Origin: Rhynchopus sp. YZ270_cl-10
Taxonomy: Eukaryota
DNA: 64,000 nt
Assembly: GCA_964035575.1 (NCBI GenBank)
Contig: OZ037845.1
Location: 1,302,001 to 1,366,000, forward strand
Direction of reading: 5' to 3'
Each line of letters starts with the position of its first letter. Within the stretch, counting starts at the first letter, position 1. The position numbers and the translations under genes are program-made. Positions 33,542-44,603 of this stretch are shown piece after piece. The notes beneath the pieces were generated by a model. That model was not told the DNA's origin and did no database searches. It saw only the letters and a program-made list of their open reading frames with translations.

Positions 33542-34914
33542 CTAAAACCCGCATTATTGGCATTTTTTTTTTTTTGAAAACTTGGTTGTATTAGTGTAGA
33601 CACCCGAGGATGAACTCCACTATATATTTTTTTTTTTTGGGGCTCTGTGCTCATTGTGAGGTGTGCTGTCGTAGTTCCTTACCCTCTTTTGGGTGATATT
33701 GAGAACAGAACCACCGGTGTGGGGGGGTTTGCCGATAGTGCAAAAAGGGGAAAAAAAAAACTAAAAGACAGCACAGTGTGTTCTTCTTTGTTTGTGCATT
33801 TTTTAATAGCAAATATGCATCGTTTCATCTTTTTTTTAGTTTTTTTTTTTTCTCTTCTTATTTGCAACCTCCCACCTGATTTTGGCCCGGTAGCAACTTC
33901 CGCCAAACTTGGGTCATAAATTAGGTGTAATCTCATACGTTTTTCCACCCTTTTTATTTATGGTGGTTTGAAAAAATGCCCCATTTTTTTTTTTTTTTGT
34001 TCTGAGAATCTTCATGACGTTACTTATGTTCTTCTGTTTTTTTAAAGGTGACTAAGCACGAGAGGCTACACACACAAAACATTAAGTAATCTAATCAGAC
34101 TAAGCACGAGAGGCTTAGGATCATCTTATAAACTTTTCTTTTCTTTTTTATAGTGCCTGCGTCCTCCAGTGTTCAGTGAGGCGTTTGCGCTTTCAACTTC
34201 TCTTTTGTTCTTTCATGGTCAGGCTTGGTTTGTGTGTGTGTGTGTCAATCAACGTTGAGATACACCATCATCATGCTATATATAGCCAACCCATTTTATG
34301 GCACGAAAAGCGAGGTTAAAGAGCGATTTCTCACAATATTAAAAAAGCATTGCAGCATGCCACATTGGGAATACACAGAATTTGCAAAAGATGTGATCTG
34401 CACTTAACTTTTAACTTTTTTTCTTCTTCTTTTGAGTGATGAAGTTCTGTGAACCTATCGTGCAGGGTCTTCATCACACAACCGACATTAGTCTGTTCCA
34501 CCCTTTTCTTGATCCTAGCAACCACTATCCCAAAACGATCTCTTCGTTTTTCATTAGTGACGAAAGAGACAGCATCTTCAAACCCCAGCCGTGTTCCAAC
34601 ACGATAAACGATAGTGGTAAAGATGTGTGTGAATGAGAGAGAGAGAGAGACACACATTTCATCTTACAAGTTTTCTTTTGTTCAAATGATTCATTGTTCA
34701 TGAGTATGCCCTATCACTTTCTGCATGATACCTTAGAGCTTTACTAAGATACGAGAGGCACATTTCAACGTTTCTCTTTTGCACCTCTTTTTTTGTGAAA
34801 CATCGCGTCAAAATATTCTCAAGATGCGATGTCGAAAAACAGAGATGACAAATACTGTGGTTGCCCGATACGGGGCTGAACGGGTTGTACTTTCACAGAG
34901 TTCGATCAAGGATT

Positions 34915-35097
34915 TTTTTTTTGTCACCTCATGAAATGAAGGAGGAAATAGAAACAACGCACTTTGAACACACTTTGCGGTTCTAGGGAAGAACCGCGTT
35001 GCAGAGCCACTCCTCACCAAACAGGTCGAGGTGTGTGCGTTTCACCACAACCTCTCCCATGGGTTTTATCGTGTGATGAGTGTTAAGTTTCTATTTT
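34915..35097 (+). repeat. ~180-bp dispersed repeat, second copy at ~41840-42018
   Basis: TGTCACCTCATGAAATGAAGGAGGAAATAGAAAC...GTTTCTATTT in both places, same orientation. Confidence 0.9.
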
Positions 35098-35618
35098 TAA
35101 CCAGAACACTATGAACTTCATCAGAACAATACTTTGCTGTGACGTCCATTGAGAGACATCCACCTTAGAACTTTTCTTTTAAAAGTGAAGGTTAGTCTTA
35201 TGTGACAATCTTTTTTTGTAAAAAAAACCCCCGGGTTGATTGGCAACTCCACTAAAATAATGTGTCAAATTCATTTTTTTTTTGGTACACTGTCATGAGC
35301 GGGTTTTGTATTTCGAGTAAGTCAACATTTTTTTTTTTGTGCAGTTTTTCTCCCAGCTGCAGTGAGTAGGGTTAACGTCATACCTGCAAGAGCTGTGTTC
35401 TGTGGTTTTATTGAAACTCTTGGTGGTAACGAAGTCGGGTATCCTCTTTTCCATCACCTTTTCAAGCTTAGGTGTACCGTAAAACGTGTTCGCTTTTTTC
35501 CCTTTTTTCTTTCCAACAAGATTATTTGTCTGGTCTCAGCTTTCGCTGTTTTTGTTTCTTTGAACGGATGCATCTGTATGGAACGTCCGTTGTGCTTTTC
35601 TTTAATTGGAAAGTATAT

Positions 35619-37822
35619 GGGTCGATTTCAAACCCCCCCCCCCCCCCTAGGGGGTCCGACTGTGAGTAAAATGACCGTACCAAAAACTCATTATCAAACT
35701 TCTGGTCATCTCCAAGGCAACTGCGGGTGAAAAACACCCTCAGAGTGGGTCACAGGGGGCCTGTGGGCCGAAAAACGACCCAGAAGCCACCCCAGAATAC
35801 AAAAAAATGGAAAAAAAATAGTGAAAAAACGGCTTTTTGGCGGTTTTGGCCATGTTGGGCAAAATAGCAATTTTTCAAGAAAAAACCAAAAAAACGGTTA
35901 TTTTTTGACATCACAAAACCTCCTTTGGCACAAATATGCCCCAAAAGTGGCCTGTGAGTCCATTCCAACCTGTTTCGGACATATTTGACACTTTTGCAAG
36001 TGTTTTTTTGGTGTTTTTACGTCAAAAAAAATACCCTGGCAATACCCTGACCGCGCTCCGGCAGCATTCCGGCATGCTGTTTGACCCATATAGGGGTCAA
36101 GAAATGGCCAAAAACCCCCGAAAAAGGACCCTGGGAGCCCAGATAGTTCCAAATTTCCACCACATCCCCACCCAAACACCGCAAAAACACAACAGAAAAT
36201 CGTCTTTAAAAACACACTTTTTTCAAAAAGGTCATTATGGAGCCTGTCTGACGATAGCGATTTTTCAAGAAAAAACCAAAAAAACGGCTATTTTTTGACA
36301 TCACAAAACCTCTTTTGGCACAAATATGCCCCAAAAGTGGCCCGTGAGTCCATTCCAACCTGTTTTGGACATATTTGACACTTTTGCAAGTGTTCTTTTG
36401 GTGTTTTTACATCAAAAAAAAATGGTATGGCAATGGTATGGCAGCGCTCCGGCAGCATTCCAGCATGCTGTTTGACCCATATAGGGGTCAAGAAATGGCT
36501 AAAAACCCCCGAAAAAGGACCCTGGGAGCCCAGATAGTTCCAAATTTCTACCACATCCCCACCCAAACACTGCAAAAACACGACAGAAAATCGTCTTAAA
36601 AAACACACTTTTTTCAAAAAGGCTATTATGGAACCTGCCTGATGACCTTTTTGAAAAAAGTGTGTTTTTTAAGACGATTTTCTGTCGTGTTTTTGCAGTG
36701 TTTGGGTGGGGATGTGGTGGAAATTTGGAAAGATTGGGGTTCCGGGGGCCCTTTTTCGGGGGTTTTAAGCAAAAATATGGCCGAGAATGTGGTCGGAGCA
36801 ATGGTGGCAGTGCTGTCCAAGGACCGTCCAAGGATTTTTTGGGGGTGTTTTTCAGCGTGAAAACACCAAAAAAACACTTCCAAAAGTGTCAAATATGTCC
36901 GAAACAGGTTGGAATGGACTCACGGGCCACTTTTGGGGCATATTTGTGCCAAAGGAGGTTTTGTGATGTCAAAAAATAGCCGTTTTTTTGGTTTTTTCTT
37001 GAAAAATTGCTATTTTGCCCAACATGGCCAAAACCGCCAAAAAGCCGTTTTTTCACTATTTTTTTCCATTTTTTTGTATTCTGGGGTGGCTTCTGGGTCG
37101 TTTTTCGGCCCACAGGCCCCCTGTGACCCACTCTGAGGGTGTTTTTCACCCGCAGTTGCCTTGGAGATGACCAGAAGTTTGATAATGAGTTTTTGGTACG
37201 AAATTTTATACACAAGTCTATTAGGAGTCGGACCCCCTACCCCCCCCCCCCCAAAAGTTCTTTTTTGTCTTTTTCATGATATAGGCAGTTTTTTTGCAGT
37301 CTGAGGTCCGGAACCGCCCCAAAAACGATTTTCTGGGAGGTTTTGGGTGGTTTTGGGGCGAAATGGACCTTTTTTGACCATTTTTATGGTATTTTTAGGC
37401 TGTTTTTGGCCCTTCTTCTTACACAGCCTATTGGGGGTCAAAATAGCTATTTTTGACCAAAAAACATCAAATAAGCACCAAGAAAAGTGCCAAATGTGCC
37501 CAAAACAGGTCGGATTGGGCTCACAGCCCATTTTTGGGATATATTTGGGCCAACGGAGGCCTCCTGGCGTCAAATAAATTGTGTTTTTTGGTCAAAAATA
37601 GCTATTTTGACCCCCAATAGGCTGTGTAAGAAGAAGGGCCAAAAACAGCCTAAAAATACCATAAAAATGGTCAAAAAAGGTCCATTTCGCCCCAAAACCA
37701 CCCAAAACCTCCCAGAAAATCGTTTTTGGGGCGGTTCCGGACCTCAGACTGCAAAAAAACTGCCTATATCATGAAAAAGACAAAAAAGAACTTTTGGGGG
37801 GGGGGTTTTTTGAAATCGACCC
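35619..37822. mobile_element. Foldback MITE with GG...CC ends and ATAT TSD, left arm interrupted by a 1.6-kb insert
   Basis: GGGTCGATTTCAAA(C)n ... (G)nTTTTTTGAAATCGACCC; ATAT at 35615-35618 and 37823-37826; ~37252-37465 and ~37583-37797 are near-perfect inverted arms. Confidence 0.85.
35648..37239. mobile_element. Foldback element with TAGGGGGTCCGACT TIRs inserted in a poly-C run
   Basis: TAGGGGGTCCGACT / AGTCGGACCCCCTA with C runs on both sides (compatible with an 8-bp hAT TSD, length unresolvable). Inverted arms ~35677-36020 vs ~36855-37200; internal ~385-bp direct duplication. Confidence 0.85.
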
Positions 37823-38542
37823 ATATGGTGTGTTCCGGGGTATCGGAAAATACAAATTTTCACCAATCTTCACCAATCTTCACAAGTTTTCACAAGTTTT
37901 CACAACATAATTTTTGGCCATTTTTTTGTGAAGAATTGTGAAGAGTTGTGAATAGTTGTGAATAGTTGTGAAGAGTTGTGAATTGAAATGAAAATTTGGA
38001 TGAAAAAAACACAGATGTTGTGAAGATTTGTGAAGAGTTGTGAACAGTTGTGAAGAGTTGTGAATTGGAGGGAAAAAAAGGGGGGTGTTTTTTTCCAGGG
38101 TTTTTGCAGGACTGGTCAGGTAAAGTGTGCTGTGCAGAGGGCTAGCTAGCGTGGGTCTGTGAGTCAAGCTGGCCGTACCACCCCACCCCCTGTGCGGAGG
38201 AGGACGACGGAAGTCCGCGGCGTGTTCGTTTGTTGCCTTTTTTTTTTTCAACATGTTCACAACTCTCAAGAAAGTAGCGTACCGTGCGCCTGCGACGCAG
38301 CTAAAAATTACTAGCGGTAGCCCACAGCTCTACCCGAAATGTTGCGTACCGTGGCTTCGCTAGAAAAGTTTTGTACCAGTGGCACTACCACTTGTTTCCC
38401 TGTTTTTTGTACCGTTTTACTCAAAACACAGCTGGGCGCAACTAGCACCATACTCACCTGAACTGTGCCTATATTAGGCACAATTTCAGCACACTTTCCG
38501 CACAAGTACACACACGTACACGTCGGGGCCATATGTAGTGTA

Positions 38543-39053
38543 GTACTGTACTGTACTGTACTGTACTGTACTGTACTGTACTGTACTGTACTGTACTGTA
38601 CTGTACTGTACTGTACTGTACTGTACTGTACTGTACTGTACTGTACTGTACTGTACTGTACTGTACTGTACTGTACTGTACTGTACTGTACTGTACTGTA
38701 CTGTACTGTACTGTACTGTACTGTACTGTACTGTACTGTACTGTACTGTACTGTACTGTACTGTACTGTACTGTACTGTACTGTACTGTACTGTACTGTA
38801 CTGTACTGTACTGTACTGTACTGTACTGTACTGTGTACTGTGTACTGTGTACTGTGTACTGTGTACTGTGTACTGTGTACTGTGTACTGTGTACTGTGTA
38901 CTGTGTACTGTGTACTGTGTACTGTGTACTGTGTACTGTGTACTGTGTACTGTGTACTGTGTACTGTGTACTGTGTACTGTGTACTGTGTACTGTGTACT
39001 GTGTACTGTGTACTGTGTACTGTGTACTGTGTACTGTGTACTGTGTACTGTGT
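38543..39053. repeat. Compound microsatellite (CTGTA)~57 followed by (CTGTGTA)~32
   Basis: Directly visible; unit switches at ~38831. Confidence 0.98.
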
Positions 39054-39496
39054 AAAAACCATAGGGGGGACCCTATGGATTTCCGATGTCCGAGTTTGAG
39101 GCCCAAAAATTCCATTAAAGCAAGAATTTTTAACTTTGGAGTATCTGTGGTACTCTCATATTTTTTCCTAACTCGCACAAAATTTCTAAAAACGGTGTTA
39201 ATAATCCCCACCAAAAAGGCGGATAAGACGAAAGGAGACGAAGTAACCGCCAAGGACTCACCAGTGCGTCGATCCATAATGTGTGAGAGATGCAAAACAA
39301 CCACCGCCATAATGGAATTAACCTGTAGGTTAACCTCACACAGGACAGTCTCGTCGCCCACAAAGGTCAATAATACACTCCGGATTTTGGGGACAATTTT
39401 TGACCGAAATGGGCCGCCTATTAGTGACCGGGCTCATATTTTCCGAAATTTAAGAGGTCATAAAATTGTCCAATTTTCAACGTCGGCCCCACCACT

Positions 39497-40183
39497 CATA
39501 CTTGGACCGCCCGAAATATATTTCGGGCATTTCGGGCGGATTAGGGGCGGATTTCGGGCGATTTTGTGCGCCCGAATTTGCCCGAAAACGCCCGAAATGC
39601 AGATTTCGGGCGGATTCGGGCGCTTTTTCCTTAGTGAAAACCGACTAGGTAGGTTTCTATTCATTTTTGCAAAAAACTTTTTATATTTGGAAATATTTGA
39701 TGTCAAATCTGTCAAAATAAGCAAGAATCGAAAACTTTTGTACACCTGAGTGCACTTTGGGAATCACCACCAAACACGGGTTTTCTGACTATCATGTGCT
39801 TATTCCCACCCAAAACACACTATGAACCGGGGTTTCACCATTTTTTCGTATTTCAAGGTGAATTTTTGTGAATTGTCGGGTCACAGGGTGGTTCTGACCC
39901 ATTCTCGGGGTGTTTCGGACTTTTTGCTCAATTTTTTTTTCTTTGAACAAATTTTGTGCCAATCTTTCAAATAAAGCGTAAAATTTTTACACTGGTGGCA
40001 TGCTTCCCAGCACACATAAGATACTCCAGTGCACCGATTGTGCGCCCGAATTCGCCCGAATTACGTATAAATTCCCTTTAAAACGCCCGAAATATATTTC
40101 GGGCACATTTCGGGCGCTCGGGACCCGCGCCCGAAAAATCCGCCCGAATTCGCCCGAAATTTTTTTCGGGCGGTCCAAGTATG
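39497..40183. mobile_element. MITE with CATACTTGGACCGCCCGAAA TIRs and 6-bp TSD ACCACT
   Basis: 20-bp perfect TIR; ACCACT at 39491-39496 and 40184-40189; many CGCCCGAA/TTCGGGCG subterminal repeats; uninterrupted paralogous site on the minus strand at ~1953-2092. Confidence 0.92.
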
Positions 40184-41129
40184 ACCACTGCACGGGGATC
40201 CCAAAAATGCAATCCAAGTCAAAAAGTTGAAAAAAAAACACACCTAAAAACACATGGCCCAAGAATGGCCCAAAAGGGTCCAAATCGTCCCGTCAGCCGC
40301 ACCATTTTAGGCACTTTTTGCACATAGAACCTCCTGTGTTGCCAACCAACGTCCTCCAAAAGGTGTCCTGTACCTACCTGGGTACCTGGGTGCCCAGGCA
40401 CCACCCAGACTTCGCCAACTTCACAACTCTTCACAACTCTTCACAACTTTTCACAACTCTTCACAACTCTTCACATACACGTTTTTGTGAAAATTTGTGA
40501 AGAGTTGTGAATAGTTGTGAATAGTTGTGAAGAGTTGTGAAGAGTTGTGAATTGAAATGAAAATTTGTATTTTTCGATACCCCGGAACACACCACCATAT
40601 GAAAACAAATTTGTTTGTTTTAACTAGCTGCAATTTTACGTGCAAAAAAGGAAAAGGTGAATGGAAGCGGTCCGCCATGTACCAAGGTACACCATCACGA
40701 GCGGGCTGTTGCATTTTCAAGCCAACTTTTTTTTTCCTGCATTTTTCAAGGTGGCTGAACAATAGAGGCTTACTCATCTTACCAACCTTTTTCCTTTTTT
40801 TTTTTTTGTCCACATGATTCGAGGGTATATATTCGCAAAACTTTTTTTGCCTAGCTTTTTTTTTGATAAGTACCTAACCACTGCGAGGCTGAGTTTCATC
40901 TGGTAAGCTTTTTTTTTTGTTTTTAAATCCTGCACAAAGAGCCCCAACTCTGCTCTCTTTATCGCAGTATGCTTTGACGATGCACCAACACGAATAGTGG
41001 TTTGATTGTACACGGTGACAAAGGCCCCAAAAATAAAGGGGGGGTCCAGCGATTGTTTTTCGGAAACGTAAATAATAGACGGAAATGCAAGTAATAGCTG
41101 GACCGTAAATCATAGCAGATTCGCAATTA

Positions 41130-41573
41130 CTGGGGGGGGTCGAATAAAGCACGTACGTGTTTTATTAGGCGTCCCTACACTTCAGATCCTGAGGTTTTAA
41201 AAAAAAAAAAGTTCGAAAAGGCGAATAAAGCACGTACGTGCTTTATTCGCCTTTTTGAACTTTTTGGAAAGTTTTTCCAGTCACAATTTTTTTTCGATTT
41301 TTTTTTCGCCCAAGAGGTGATTTTGCTGCATTTCCGAGCCAATCCCGGCTTGTGGTGGGGGATATACGGAAAAATGAACAAAATTTCAGCGACTTAAATT
41401 TTCACAAAATACGAACTACCTTGTCACAACACAGGAAAAGTTCAAAAAGTCGAATAAAACACGTACGTGCTTTATTCGACGCAAAAAAAAGCAAAAAACC
41501 CATTTTTCAAATGCGTGCTTTATTCGACGTACGTGCTTTATTCGAATTACCTCGTTTATTCGGCCCCCCCCAG
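41130..41573. mobile_element. Tc1/mariner-like MITE (TA TSD)
   Basis: TA|CTGGGGGGGGTCGAATAAA ... TTTATTCGGCCCCCCCCAG|TA; several internal palindromes CGAATAAAGCACGTACGTGCTTTATTCG. Confidence 0.8.
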
Positions 41574-42039
41574 TAAATAAACGCAAAAAAAAAAAAAAAA
41601 AAAACACGTTAATATTAGCGTGGAAAGTGAATAGGCCAGGACGTAAAAATAATCGCTGCCAGGGGAACTAATTTAACCCCTTTACAACATCTTTTTTGTT
41701 TTTCTTTTCAAAAGTCAGCAACGTTCCTTTGTGTGTGTGCGTGGGGGGATTTCTTTTAGATGAGTGCATGGGAACCACGTTCATTTTTCAAGTTTTTTTA
41801 CTTCTTTTTTGATGAAGTATTTCCCCCCAAAGGGTGTACTTTTTTTGTCACCTCATGAAATGAAGGAGGAAATAGAAACAAAGCATTTTGAACACATTTG
41901 CGGTTCTGGGGACGAACCGCGCTGCAGAGCCACTCCTCACCAAACAGGTCGAAGTGTGTGCGTTTCACCACAACCTGTCTCCCATGGGTTTTATCGTGTG
42001 ATTGTTAAGTTTCTATTTCCCTCCCTTTTTTTTGGAGTA

Positions 42040-42139
42040 CCGTAATCGGAAAAATGGTCGACCGTAATAATGTTCGACCTTTTTAGGATTTTTCTGGAAG
42101 TTTGACCTTTTTTACCGTTGAACATTATTCCGATTACGG
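42040..42139. mobile_element. ~100-bp mini-MITE, pogo/mariner-like ends
   Basis: TA|CCGTAATCGGAA ... TTCCGATTACGG|CA; the right TA is imperfect. Confidence 0.55.
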
Positions 42140-42146
42140 CACATTA

Positions 42147-43083
42147 GGGTAGATAAATAAATTTAATTGTTTCTTGTCCGAGACGTTTTGAAATTCTGTA
42201 CGTACGTACGGAAAAAAATATTAGTTGGAAAAAAAATGTTGGAAAAAAAATCGCTACCATGGGAGCGGGGCAAGCAGAAGGGAGACAACTACATTGATTT
42301 CACATGCCTCGTTGATGGTAGGTGTCATTGGGGATACGGCGATGTTAGTTCTCAGTTTTTTATAATGTTCTTGTACGTTTAGCGGGTTCGCCACTGCTCC
42401 CAGAACGCTTCCACATTTTGCGCGGATAGCGCCTTGCATGCTTCCGTGGCAGATTCTTCTGCACACTCAGCTCAGCATTTCCGAGGATGTTTCTGGCCTC
42501 GCTAAGTCCCGAAGGTCATCCCTTCACTGACAAGAAGGAAGCTCACACTTAGCCCTGAATGTTACGGAGCAGGCTTCGTGCCCACTTTTGGAAAGTCTGA
42601 AAAATCGTGTTTCGGGACCAAAAAAAAACACGTCTCAAACAGTTGTGCATCAAGGGGTGGAAATAACAGTGTTTTGTGGCATTTCCGAGCCAATCCCGGG
42701 CTGTGGTGGGGGATATACGGAAAAATGGGCAAAATTTTAGTGACTTAAATTTTCACAAAGTATGAACCCATACTCGTAAGCAAGGGTCATTTTCAGGTCT
42801 GCAAACCCAACTTCAGATGAAATTGTGTTGTTGAGTGGGAACAGGTAGCGCCGCAGGCGCACGGTACCCAACTTTTTTCCTTTTTATTTTTTCCCTTTTC
42901 TCTGCTTTCTTTTGATTGCGCGAGCCGATTGCTTTCCTCGGTGGGGTCACAAGTGTGTCTAAAAACACTCTAAAGTACCGCTCAGGTCACAATAAACATT
43001 TTTAAAAACAAACATTTTTTCTGGGAATCTCGAAATTCTGTACGTACGGTGGACAAGAAACAATTAAATTTGTTTATCTACCC
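42147..43083. mobile_element. PIF/Harbinger (Tourist-like) or Zator-type MITE, TTA TSD, carrying cargo
   Basis: 33-bp TIR GGGTAGATAAATAAATTTAATTGTTTCTTGTCC (1 mismatch); TTA at 42144-42146 and 43084-43086. Confidence 0.88.
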
Positions 43084-44069
43084 TTATACACTCTTTAATG
43101 CTTACTGTTTGTATAAAGGAGTAAGTTTTTGAATTTGTCATTTTGTCTTATTTTTGCTCATCGCACTCACTCTTCTCCTGATGAATCTGTTGAGCGTTAT
43201 TTTATCAAAAAAGAAAAAGAGAAAGGGTAGTTCCATCCAGATGAAGTCCAGCGCATCAGCAAGAACGGTACCAAAAAAAAAAAAATAATTCCTTTTTTAT
43301 TGGTCCCACAATCCTGCGTATAATCTGAGCTACTCCTGTATGAACAGCCCTTTTTCAAAAGAAATCCCGTATTTTTGACACAACGCCCATTTATATGAAA
43401 ACTGAAAGTGTAGATGTTTTTTTGCACTGTCAACTTCACTTCTTCCAACGATTTTTATGTTTTGTTTTCGTTTTCGTTATTTTGCTTTTTTAGAAAAGAA
43501 GCCCCGTTGTGGGGAAGAAACCTTTGTTGTCCTTCACGCCACGAAATAATTGCTTTTTTGTGTCTTTTTGCTTGCATTTTTTTATGCATCCCCCCCACCT
43601 GTTAGAATAGCACGATTTTTGCTACTGTGCTCTACACTCTTCCCCACAAAAAAAAACCCCCCTCTATCAACCAACATCACCTATTCCCCACAGATTTTTT
43701 TTTCTCTGATTTTTTTTTTTTTCGGTGCCCGTTTCTTTGGGAGAGCCGTGTGTGCATTAATCAAGCTTCAACTTTTTTTTTGCTTTTTTTTTCTTTTTTT
43801 TTTCTCTGACATAGGCACCCCCGAATATCTTAGAGGAGGGCCTACGTTTTGTGATTTGTGTTTTGCTTTGATATTGTGTTGCTTTGCTTAATGAGTGAAA
43901 AAAAATGAAGCCTTTTTCAGCTTCCAAATTTTTACCATTTTCCCCCAAAACCGCACAATCGTATGCAAACGATGACAAAAAAAAAAATAGAGATCCCTTT
44001 CAAACACACCTTTTTCTTGTGCCAAACCAGATCAGCGGTAAGGATACGTATTCAAGGATACAAAAAAAA

Positions 44070-44310
44070 TCTGTCATGTTCATGTCCTCATTAAGCATCA
44101 CTTCCTTCGGGTTGCGGTCTTTGTGAGGCGTGTGTATCTCAGATTAGTTTACGTAGGGTGGGCACCTGACATAGCGACCTTTAACTACCCGAAGTCTGTT
44201 GTGCTCATGTCCTCATTAAGCATCACTTCCTTCGGGTTGCGGTCTTTTGTGAGGTATTCTCAAGAGTAGTTTACGTAGGCACCCTGACATAACCCTAACT
44301 TCAACTATAA
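44070..44310 (+). repeat. Two tandem ~125-bp copies of a UUCG-containing hairpin unit
   Basis: CATGTCCTCATTAAGCATCACTTCCTTCGGGTTGCGGTCTTT(T)GTGAGG at 44081 and 44206. Confidence 0.9.
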
Positions 44311-44603
44311 AACCACTCCCCACTAACGACCCTCACTCCACCTCCACCCCACACAGAAAACAGGGAGGCACAAAACCCCAAAAAACACACACACAGGAGG
44401 GCCTCCAGGGGGACTAGGGGGACTTCCCCCTGCATCCCCCCCATATCTTTTACCTCCACCACCTCCCACTTTCCCACACACGCTTTTTTTGCAACGCTGA
44501 TCTATTTACCTTCCCTTGCTACACCTCTCTTTGGGACGAAGCTCCAACCTCTTTTATTCTCCCGCTCATTTTTTTGTTCTCTCTCTTCACCCATCTAACT
44601 TTA

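Larger units (their letters stand above)
37827..40596. mobile_element. Composite TIR element with ATAT TSD and 10-bp subterminal arrays
   Basis: GGTGTGTTCCGGGGTATCGGAAAATACAAATTT / AAATTTGTATTTTTCGATACCCCGGAACACACCACC; ATAT at 37823-37826 and 40597-40600; TTCACAACTC/GAGTTGTGAA arrays near both ends. Confidence 0.8.

Noticed and set aside
38465..39370. Long ORFs of CTVLY / STVQY repeats
   Set aside because: Translation artefacts of the stop-free CTGTA/CTGTGTA microsatellite.
34915..42018. LTR retrotransposon bounded by the 180-bp direct repeats
   Set aside because: No TG...CA ends, PBS, PPT or gag/pol remnants; the interior is explained by DNA-transposon insertions.
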